A stretch of 64,000 bases of DNA, from NCBI GenBank assembly GCA_045837725.1, contig JBEWZL010000201.1:1-64000 (forward strand), in the 5' to 3' direction. The translations under genes and the position numbers were made by a program. Shown in pieces: positions 23,974-35,100 of the stretch. Source of the DNA: Vermamoeba vermiformis. Its lineage: Eukaryota. The notes beneath the pieces are model-generated. The model searched no databases, was not told the origin of the DNA, and saw only the letters and a list, made by a program, of their open reading frames with translations. Each line of letters opens with the position of its first letter. Position 1 is the stretch's first letter.

Positions 23974-26434
23974 TTAGCCCCACAAGTTTTGATAGAGAGT
24001 TTTAAACGTGTTGGCAATTGAAAAGTTAGATTCGACATTAAACAGGGCATGTGCAATTCCGAGTTTGTTCTTATTGATTGGAGAATAGGGATACTTAGCA
24101 CCGAGCAACAAGCGCGAGGGTGCGCGAATAACACACTTCTCTACGTTGTCCAGGAAGTACGCATTGTGCACTACAATAGGCCATAATTAGAGCCGTTCTG
24201 CATCGAGTCACCGCCCGCACTACTCACCGAAGCCTCGACCTGATTGAATGTCTTGCGGAGTGTTGCCTGGGTACGCACCCCACACACACGAGCCAGTGAA
24301 GTAGGCCACTGAAGACCAGATATTGACACCTGTCACGCGGTCAGCTGAGTGTCGCTTGCACTGTGTACCATCGCGATAACTTACCGACACAGCCGTACTT
24401 GAGGTCTTTGATCGCGCGTTCAACAGCGGCACTGTGTGTCTTCTCAGTGTGCGCATCGACGAGCAAGTGACCAGAGAGATTGCCCCACACGTGATCGTTG
24501 CTGAACTGCACTGCTTTCTGCAAAAAGTCTTCAAGGTCAGTAGCCTCGAGCTCAATCTGACTGATGATGGGACAGAAGGGTTCAACCACCAGGGCGAGTT
24601 CACTGGGGTCTGCAGGCACGTTCTCAATGCTGCACAAATGTTAGACCTGTCAATTAGCTGCGTGTCACAGCGGTACTTACATAGTCCAAGGAATCGTCTC
24701 GCCTTCACCTTTAGGCGAAATGAGTGCTTCAGCTTGAGGGTAGCGCTCTAAGTAGGCTTTGTGGCGCTGATCTGAGCCGGGGTAATATCTGCGACACGTT
24801 AGACTCGTCGAATGGAAGAGCACAGTACTTACGGATAGCGTGAAGGCGAAACACTCAAGTACTTTTTCAAGGTGTCCATCAGTCGCTTCTTCTTGTCCCA
24901 GCCCTGCCACAAGTCAGTGATGAATATTGATTTGAATGTGATTAAGTACCTTCATCGTGATGATCAGCTTGGCAGCAGTGCAGTTGTACGAGTTGTTGAG
25001 TGCCACAGCTCTGCAAGTACTCGTCAGACACAGTTACAGCAACAGAACGATCAATTACCCTGCCATGTGTTCGGCTTGGTAGTCGAGCTCGGCATTAGTC
25101 CACTCACCAGGCACGACGATGAACTGACACAACGTGAGACATCGTTTCCGTAGGTATATATGCAATTATGTTATAATACTTACAGGAGTAACGCAACCCA
25201 ATTCAGAAGTGAATTCTTTGGTGAATTTGGGTTCGCCAATCTTCTTGGTCTTGTCAGTGGTGCCCCACACAATCATGTCATATGTCTTGTCGGAGCCAGT
25301 GACGTGCACATTGTCGACTCGTTCGAGGATATACGAACCAACTTCAGCACCGCCTTTAATGTGTTCGACAGCGTTGATCTAATGACACGTGTCAGCGCTA
25401 AATAGAAGCGCGGGATCGACTTACATCAAATAAAGGCTTCATGATCTTCTCAAATACGCTCTCTAAGTACTCGTTGACAGGATTGTACTTGACGAATACA
25501 ACTTGGTTCTGATTGTACAGTTTGTACAGTGCGTCCATGAACACGATGGAGTTCTGATTGCCACCTCCAAGTACCAATGAGATCTATTTGTATTAGTCAA
25601 CTGAACCCCTCCCTAGCGGTGACATACCTTTCCTTGAGCGCGTGGTCCATAGTTCTCGAGCAGTTCACCGGCCTGAGTGACTTCATGGCCAGGCAAGATC
25701 CAATTCTCAGCAATGACTCCGGGGAAGAGAATCTTCTCTGCGAAGTGATAAAATATAATTAGCGTCGTGTGTTAACAGCTAAAGAGTTCGACGACGCTAC
25801 CTTTACGTCCTGAAGGGAAGACTTGAACGCGGTATTGCCCTGCGAGTTTTAAAAGCAACGTCATTACTTTATAATACTAGCAATAATGCTCCGCACTGTC
25901 CTACCATCAACTTTCTTCGTGGTAGAAGGCTTGCCAAATTCAAGGGGCTTGCCTGCTTTTTCAGCTGTGACACAAAGAACCTTAGTAATCGATTTTAAGT
26001 CAATCTTTAGACTTTACCAGCAGCGGCGGGACGAAGTGTGTCGATTAATAAGCGACAAAGGCGTACTACAGGTGTGCATCCAGAAGCAATTTCCTCTTCT
26101 TCAAACGAAACTGGTAATTTACGGTGTTCCAAGGTGGTAGAAACCCACTATAATTGAAATCAGAAGCTGCCGATTGTAAATCACAATTTTATATCTTACC
26201 TCGTCCTTATATTTAGCAACATTTGCCATTATTTGCGCTAGAAATTTAATTTTCTGGTCGAAGGTAATCTTGATCCAATCATTTTGACCTTTCTTGAGCT
26301 TCTCTAATTTAGAATCAATAGTATTGCGAATCTGAATAAAATTGCGGTTAGAGAAATAATATTTGTCGGGAATGTCATGGTTGATCGGCGCAGAATATTG
26401 CACTTCCTAAACAAGAGCTTACATTGTCGTTCAT
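23974..26434 (-). CDS. aldehyde dehydrogenase-superfamily protein (atypical, bacterial-like subfamily), many introns
   Basis: Spliced motifs LGGGNQNSI...VFVKYNPVN, HVTGSDKTYD, TSELGCVTP, NSYNCTAAK (catalytic Cys), WGAYPGNTPQDIQSG. Confidence 0.8.
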
Positions 26435-27151
26435 GATGACCTTTATACGTGTAGTGTTACTATTTCTGTTGTGATAATCGACTGTTTGTTATATTACTTA
26501 CTAACTTTTTGTGTCACGTGTTGCGGGCCGCTCTTAAACTTCTCCGCAACTCAGAAATGCCGTTAATACATTCACGACTCACTAGCTACCTGCGGACGCA
26601 CTCTTCAAGTGACGTATACTCAAGGTGGCTTCAATCTCAGATCCTGATAATATTTGAGTGTCAAATTCTCTTTTTTGCCGGGCAAATAGGTATAAATAGC
26701 AATTTTCTCTCTTGTTTTTCATTCACTTTTTTGTTTCGCCCAGAGATTGAGAGAACCTTTCTATAGCCTCTCGATCTGGACGCGAAACGATATTAACTTG
26801 GTTACCTGGTTGTCGGTCTCCAAATCCTCTTTGTAGAGAGCGACATTAAATGGCAAACCATACACCGCTTTTTAAAAAATCATAAAAAAATAAACGGGGT
26901 TACTAGGGGTTATAGGGTTCGAGCGTAGTGCTCTTTGGTTGTATTGGACAATTTTTAAAATAAATTTTGATTTTTTTTTTAATCTGGGATGATGAGCTTG
27001 GTTCGGGTTAGGACTGCTTTTGGCACTTTGTGTTGACGTTTAGAGACTAAAATTTTATTCGCCAGTTAACGTTGAAAAGTTCCAAACCTATTTGGAGAGC
27101 TGTTATGAAAATGTCTCGCTTTTTCTAGTTGAGCGTCATTAGCCATCCACA

Positions 27152-30100
27152 ATGGAAGAAGATACTATTAATCGCATCGTTTTAGCAATTCAAACTCAAT
27201 TAAGCCCAGTAGCAACTCAGGCACAACGGCAAGAAGCTCAACAGGTGATCTACTCGAGATCTGGATCGGATCTTTTAATCAAACACCAAAAAATTAATTA
27301 AGCTTATTATTAGAATTTTGTTCAATAGTTGAGGTGTTGAATTTTATTTGTATTAATTTTTTATTATCTGCATCTCTTTCGCAGAATCGCTAACAAGCTT
27401 ATTTTACAAAGTATTGCGAGGAATTTAAGAATAATGCGCGTTCAGCATACTTCGCATTTCATCTGCTGCAAAGTAAATATGACGCGCCCGTAAGACACTT
27501 CGGGCTGTTGCTGCTGGAGACACGGATCAAGACAGACTGGCAAATATTTAGCGAGCAACAACGTGATGGAATAAGAAAATCGATAATGAATTTTATCGCA
27601 GGCGTAAGTGTTCAGCAGGTTTGAAATTTTCGTTGTAACACGTCGGACAGGGAACTGGCGACGTATTGGAGGAGCAGCAATACATCAAAGAGAAGGCCGC
27701 TGCTCTCGTTGTTGAAGTAGCGAAGAGAGATTGGCCTCAGAAGTGGAAAACACTCGTGCCGAACTTGTTTGAGATTGCTAGAGCTGGAGAAAAGCAAATA
27801 GAACTCGTATTGTTAGTGTTGAAGAACCTGGTGCTGGAAGTCAAGGAGTACAACGACGACTTGCCAACGAGTCGCAGAAAAGATTTGAGCAACGCTCTGT
27901 TACACGAGGCCGATGGTATATTCACCTTCTTCTATCAAGTGCTCGAAATGAGTTACGGCAAATACAAAGCCGCAAAAGAACAGAACTTGCCGACACTAAA
28001 GAAAGACGTCATATTAGTCACTACTGCATTGACAGCTATTCACGCCTATTTTGAACTCACGCCGATCGAGTACGTAATTTGACACCTGTCTAACTGACTA
28101 ACAACGCTTTTACAGCCAAGTGTTAAAATACAATTTGCACTCAATTTTCTGCCTGGTTTTGGGCGATATACCATTTAGAATGGTTGCGTGCGAGGGTATT
28201 CTTACTTTAATCAGCCGAAAGGAGAAAGAAAAGTCTGACAGCGTCAAACTCTTGTTCCCCTTTCAAAGTATGGAGGGTATTGCCGCTTCATTAAAACAAT
28301 CAAGCGGAGATCAAGCTTCGGACTATAATTATATCAAATCGTTGGCGAAAGTGCTTATTCAGTTGGGTCTGAATAATCTTTCAAACTTCAATCCACAGCA
28401 GCTGCCCCCGAGCTATCAACCGTACGTTCTCTTTGGCTTTTTTAGTCCTAATTTCATTTAATAGATTTTTGGATCTCATGTTAGAGATTACAGCTCACCC
28501 GAGTCTCGTGATCACATACGAAACAATTGTCTTCTGGCAGCGATTACTGGACAATGCTTACTTTAGACAGGTACGTCGTGTCCATTGTTAATTTCCTTTA
28601 CTGACGTCAGGGTATAGAACATAGATATGAAAGGGCTTTGTTTCAGGCTTTTAGAAGCATTGGACGAAAAGATTCCAAAGTGGAACCGCGCATCAGAAGA
28701 GGCAAGCAAAAATTTTGCGACGTGGCGCGGTGCCTTCTTCTGGAAAATGGATTTCGAGTACAACGACGAGTTTATGCACTTCTACTCACAAGCAAGAAGC
28801 AAGTTTGGTACATTTATTACTCAGATCGCCTCCATTGCGGTAAGTCTATTTTCGACCTTGTCGGGCTCCAAAATTTCGAAAACAGGCCATCACCAGTAGC
28901 CTTCATGCCCGAGCTGGTCTAAGGGGTCAGACTTAAGATCTGATGTGGTTCAGCCACGCGTGGGTTCGAACCCCACTGAAGGCAATACCTTTTTTTTTTT
29001 TGCACTCACCGCGAGCTAGATAATTCCTTCTCTGCCACATTTCCTTCTCCCGATTGACCTTTTTTGCACAGCCGCAAGTCGCGCTGGAATTTGTCGGTAA
29101 AAAGTTCGGTGCCCTCTCCGCTTCAATCGCCAAGTCAAACCCACAAAACCTACAAAAAACATCGCTGGAAGTAGTTTATTTTGAGGCCTGTGACATGCAA
29201 ATAAGCTCAATTATGAATGGTGTCAATCCATCACTTTTCGATCCGTCAAATCCAGAGGTACTAGTACCGCTGTCTATTCTTCCACTGTACTCACAATTCC
29301 TTTTATAGGCCCAGCAAACAATCTTGCTCACTGAGGGATTATTGAAACTAATCTTCGATTTCTCAAGCACGGTACGCACAACAGTAGCACTTCGATGCGA
29401 ATTAAGATCTCTTTTTAGGAGCCGTTGCTCGTGGAACATCAGATCGCAGCTCTCAAGTACTTTAAGAAGTACTACCAAGCCCATCAGACCTCTCTTGAAG
29501 TTGTTTTAACAAAGGTAAGTCCTACTGTTCCACTATCCAATTGCTGACACGTGCCAGCTCTTGAGTCTCGTGCTCTTCAAAAGGCCCAACGAACCCACTC
29601 TCGACTCACTGTCCAAACCGACACTTGAGGCCCGACGCAAAGCCGCGACTACATTTATTTTTTTGTGCGACACTTTGCCAGACAAGCTCGTAGCACACGT
29701 GCCCAAGTTGATCGGTGCCGTGAAGGAAATGTTCGGCCAGCTATTGGACTCCGAGAAGATCTATTTAATCGAAGCATTGGCCTCGGTGAGCAACGGCATG
29801 AAGAGTTTTGCAGCACAAGAACAGTACTTGTCTCAACTGCTGGCGAATGTGGAGGAAGAATGGTTGGCCCCTGCAGTTCAAGAGTGCTTTACAACCATCG
29901 ACCAACTGCTCACCACGCTCAATGTCCATCCACAGGCCACTCCAGCGCAGCGAGAACAGAACGCTCCCATCGCTAAGGCTAAACGTGGCGTAAGTTTAAT
30001 TACAAGTCAATTAGTTTCTCTAATGTCACTTTCAGGCCATTTACCGATTGATCAACACATTTTACTATATTTGGAAGCGCGTATCAATGCCATCCACACC

Positions 30101-31779
30101 TGAAGAACTAGTGCAGGGCGGCTATTTGGACGCAGCAGTGGCCATGCAAGTTGTGAATGACTTCCAAGAAGATCCTTCAGTCAAGAAGAAGAAAATTGAC
30201 GAGAACGAAATGCGCACTCGTCTCAAACAACGTCTGCATCGTGCAGCACACCACCCACTGTCTGCGCACACGCGCCGTATTGCCCCCAGCATTCTAGCGC
30301 TGACTCGCTCTCTGCAAGCTGTGTGGAGTCCAGCAGTGCGTCAAGCATTGCCCGCTGATTCAGCGCCGATATTTCAAATCGATCCGGCGCGAGCATCAGC
30401 GCTGTTGAATCCCAGCCAAGAGCAGCCCAAACAAGCACCTAACCGCGACAACGACATGGCTATGATGCGCCATTGGCTCGAGTCCATGCGCGAGGTGTGC
30501 TACAGTCTGATTGGCAAGTTCATTGGCGAGCAACAGGGCAGTGTGGTGCGTGACTTGTCCTTGCCCCAGTCGCTGCTGTTCAACTTTGAGCACATTGAGA
30601 ACCGTCACTTGTCCATATTCATTCGTACGTCCACTTCATCTAAACAAGAATGCTTACTGATTCGTAACAGGACGTATTCTCAAGAAGATTATGGTATTGC
30701 CACCAGATACCAATCAAGAGCTCGTTAATTTCTTGGCCCAATCGTGCATGTTCGTGTTTGATCGATTGATGAAGTCCTGGACTGCCAAGCTCGCCACAGC
30801 AGCGCATCCCTTCACTCCGAACAATGAAGAGACCATCGCTGCAGAAGTTATCAACGAAGCTCTGTTGCACAATCTCAGTCGTGAATTTTCTGCGTTCATG
30901 AAAGAAATGTTGTTTCAAATGTCTCACTCGTGGACTGGCAGCACGCACGTGGATATGGGCAACTCACCTGCCCCTAGCGCCATATTTAATTACCTCTTGC
31001 AGCAGAATGTACGTACAAAAATCACTTTCATTCAGTGAACTGACCATTCATGAACAGATGGCCAAACCAATTCTGGGCGGTGTGATTGAATGCCTCAAGT
31101 TCCCTGATTCAACAATCTTCTCCAATGCCTTTGCAGTCTGCTGCGCTCTGTTGCCTGTGTTGTTTGGACAGCCCGAACAGCTGCTGCAAGGTGCGCCCAT
31201 GCAATTCGATCAAGACCGATTGGTCAATTACGCCAAGCTCGTGGGTCAAGATCTCGTGACCAATCTCCTCGGTGTGCTCTGGACTCCGATTGGTCAAGAG
31301 AGACACGCGCAGATCTTAGGTGCGATAGGTCTCATCTTCTTGTTCTTGCGCGCTGTCAGTCAAGCCACGGGCAGCGAACAATACCTCAATCTCATGTTCC
31401 AGATCTTCACCAAACTGCCCAACTCGAGTGACGCCGCTGTGATTGTAAGTCCTTCCATTGAAGCACGAGCCCCAGACTAACAACTCACCAGGCCCTGCGT
31501 GATCTCCTGTACAAATCTAAGCCGAACACCGTCAGAAATGTGCTGCGCTCATTCTTGGCTGATGTGTGCTATGTAAGTCGGTACCTGTAATAGAAACACA
31601 AGTGTTAATCGGGGTGGCAGGTCAAGCTGGGAGGTGATGGCAAGAAGCCGAGCAACATTGTCGAACACTCCGAGAAGGTGTTGAACTCGGGCAAATTGCA
31701 AGCCAAGGCCCAACAACAACAAGCCGAGAACGACAGCTTTGCCGCAATGCTTGAGGCACTGTACACTGACGACCGATAA
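27152..31779 (+). CDS. XPO5: exportin-5/Msn5-like karyopherin-beta
   Basis: IBN_N region (QAQRQEAQQYCEEFK...VRHFGLLLLETRIK.DW), IKEKAAALVVEVAKRDWPQKW Xpo1 domain, helical repeats; many short introns. Confidence 0.8.
28899..28984 (+). tRNA. trnL-UAA: tRNA-Leu(UAA), intronic in XPO5 (intron 28840-29071)
   Basis: 86 nt identical to the reverse complement of 22579-22664; oligo-T terminator at ~28990-29001. Confidence 0.95.
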
Positions 31780-31814
31780 TAAACAGTGTTCAATGTATAT
31801 ATGTACAATGTGGT

Positions 31815-33565
31815 TTATTCGCAATCGGTTTTCTTTCTGATCCGCGCAATGAATATGCCACTAGTGCCCGTAGACTTGGGATAGAACCGCAGCGTGTGTT
31901 GCAGCGAGCCTTGCACTGCTGGACTCGCGCCTGCAAATGTAATAGGCACCACTTCTGCTTTGGGTTCCTGTTTGACACGTGTCAAATCAATGTCTTTGCA
32001 CTTATTCGAGTACTTACACGTGCCAGCAACCACGTGACAACTTCTTCATTTTGTGCCGTTGAAAAGCTGCACGTAGAATAGACGAGCACACCGCCAGGCT
32101 TGAGCAGTCTGAAGGCATTGAATATCATGCGCTGTTGCAGTTGTGTCGTGGTGCTCTCAATGGTCGTGTCGAATTCTTTCCAGCCCACTTTGTGAAACAA
32201 GAGCACGTGTCTGATCGACGCGTCTAGCGTGCACTGGGCGTCTAATAATATCTGCGCACATGATGTTATTGACCATCGCTCAAGCTGTCATATTGAGTAC
32301 CTTGTCGTAGAGCTGCGCACTTGACTGGCGCAGTTTCCAGTGATTGGCGAACAACAGCCCTGGTAGATTGTCTTTGTGTTTCTTTTTGTTCAATTTTCGT
32401 CGTTTGTTCGGAGCTGTCTTTTCATACTGCTGCCCCTCACTTGGCCCTTCATTAGTGTTGGTCGTCGATGTTGACGTGCTCCACGGTAGCGGTGTGAGCG
32501 ACGGAGGATTTGCCTGTGACACGTGTCAAACGGCAGTTCGTGTAAATCACTGGCTAAATACTACTCACGGGTTCAGTAGTCTCTGTGAGCAGCGGTGCTA
32601 ATATGTCAAATGTGGTGGCATCAGCTTCGAATAGTCGCACATTGGGCACGTGATATTTTTTGACCAGTGTTCTGTAACAAACAGTCAGTCTCCATATGTA
32701 GAATGACATGGCGTACTTTGCAGCAGCCAATCGATGAGCAGCAATGTCAACACCAGTGACACTGCCTGAGTGTTCGCGAGGACCGTTGGTGACGTCAGTG
32801 TTTGACACTTGACGCGTGTCATTCTGTAGTCGTTGCAGATATTTGTGCTGCATAATGCTGCCAATCATGCACAACTTGGCACCAGGCGCGCAACAGAGAT
32901 CGAGCACGTGATCACCGGGCTCTGTAAATAGTCGTGCTGTGAGTAAGAGGCCAGTGAATGGTGACAGTGTACTGACCTGGATCCAGTGCCGCCACTACAG
33001 CACCACTGCTAGCATCAATGCCATATATGTGCCCGCCTTTGTAACTGTGTGAAACAGCTAAGTGAGTTGCTGATGAGAAATTGAATACGAGTTGGATTTG
33101 TACCTTTGCGTGGAAGCGAGTTTGAAGCTGGCAGGGATTTTGTAAAAGCCAGGCAGCCCTATTATAGTGTCAATAGCTGCATCTAATATATATACATTGT
33201 CGTATTGATAAACAGTTACAATCTAACGGCTCTAGCGTGGTGTTTAATTCGGTTTGGATCTGGTCTACCGTCACAGAGGCAAGGGGATTAATTCTAGCAT
33301 TTTTAAATTAATTAAAATAGCTATATATAACAATATTTAGCGTCGAATAGGAAGGCAAAGATGGTGAATAAATAATAAAAAATATTCTCGATCGGATCTC
33401 ATACCGTATAAACCGCGACAGAGTTTTGATATTGTAAGCATCCTCAGGTATATTGTTACGCCTAATAAATTCTTTGAAATTATCAGACAGTTGTCCTGAC
33501 AGTTTGAACTCCTGATCCAGCTCTTTCTCGTTCAAATCATTGAAGTCCTCATTATCACCTTCCAT
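31815..33565 (-). CDS. NOL1/NOP2/Sun (RsmB/F-family) RNA m5C methyltransferase
   Basis: VLDLCCAPGAK SAM motif, ILDAQCT (motif IV), LKPGGVLVYSTCS...QNEEVV (motif VI), GIFIARIRK. Confidence 0.88.
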
Positions 33566-33690
33566 TTTTCTAAGGGAGAAATTAAAACTATATACAAATT
33601 GAATATGTCCCTTTGGTGGAGGTCTTTGCGCAAGATAAAAAAGGTCCAACGGTTCAATTTTGAATTTAATAAACAGATCAGACAAACACA

Positions 33691-34857
33691 ATGAGCACCA
33701 GTCGCGGAGGCAGAGGACGAGGTGGCAATCGTCGCGAAGAGAGTCGCGAGACTAAAATATCCAAGGCATTGTCCTATTTGTTGCGACACGGAGCTGAAAA
33801 GGGTAAATTCAATTTAGGAGACAACTGATCCGATTAATTTTAATTAATTTCGTCCAATTTAATATCGAATTATACAAGACCTTACAATAACTTGCATTAT
33901 TTATTGATTTTTTTGGATATTTTTTGTGGCTCGCGGAATTCTGCTTAATTTCGCACCTTAACGGACGACATATTAATTGATCGCCCATAAGAATTAAATT
34001 AATTAATTGACTTATTACTTGATCGAGTATTGGTTCTCACTCCCATTTCCTTGCAGAGGGCATCAACATCCGTGCCGATGGCTACTGTCCGTTACAACAG
34101 ATCTTGAAGCACAAAAGTGTCGCGCAACACGGCGCTACACTCAACGATGTGCGCAGTGCTGTTGCGACCAATGCCAAGAAGCGCTTTGCACTCAAATTGA
34201 TGCAAGCTGACAACACACTGCTCGCACTCGATGACGCTTACATCACTTCCGACGCAATCACCAAAGTCGATATTAACAAGCTGTATATAGCCGCAGTGCA
34301 GGGTCACTCGATCGATGTGCCGGACCTCGAATTGAAACTCATCACTAAGTTGTCAGATCTGCCCGAGAAATCAGTCGTCGTGCACGGCACTAAGAAAGAG
34401 TTCTGGCAGCCAATCTACGATACTGTAAGCACCGCTGTTCAGATGTATTTATTGCATTTATACAGTGCAACTGTTGCAATGATACCTAATTGTACGCGTT
34501 CTAACACCCACATCCACGCAGGGTCTGAACAAAATGACGCGCCAACACATTCACTTTGCCATTGGACTGCCCGGGGACACGGGGGTGGTGTCTGGTACGG
34601 CATAGGAGTGGTGCGTGTGCTTGCAGGACTGACCTCTGATTCACACAGGCATGCGCAACACGTCAGATCTGCTCATCTACCCCGACATTGAAGCAGCCAT
34701 CAGCGACGGCTACAAGTTCTATTTGTCCAAGAACAATGTCGTGCTGTCAGATGGACTCAACGGCAATGGTGTCTTGCCCGCCAAATACTTCAAGTACGTC
34801 ATTGATGCCAAGACGATGAAGCCCCATGACCCCAAGTACCCTAATGAGCTGCCTTAA
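33691..34857 (+). CDS. TPT1: tRNA 2'-phosphotransferase Tpt1/KptA
   Basis: [46 protein letters not shown] motifs; Arg-His-Arg-Arg tetrad present. Confidence 0.92.
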
Positions 34858-35100
34858 TAATAATGCACTTGCCAAAATAATAAAATTATTACTTAAACCC
34901 AACAAATCACGTGACTGAAAACTCGCACGGTATTTTTTTTCTCTCGCTTTTCGTAACATCATATATTGCGCATGCGATCATACCAACTACCAGATGCTAT
35001 AATATTTGTAAAATATGTTCGATCTTATTATAGACACGGCGCTGCGGAAGCGTGCATCTGGATCGGGATCTCGACTGGCAATTTCAATAATCATGATATT

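Noticed and set aside
26407-26422. Apparent 16-nt intron (GTAAGCTCTTGTTTAG) after the ALDH start codons
   Set aside because: A longer intron ending at TTTATTCAG (~26332), with a CTAAC branch point, gives a sensible MNDN|IRNTID start and matches normal intron sizes.
34285-34310. Tpt1 has IAAVQGHS instead of IRANQGHS (possible inactive enzyme)
   Set aside because: That Arg is not part of the Arg-His-Arg-Arg catalytic tetrad, which is intact (LRH, KRF, MTRQH).
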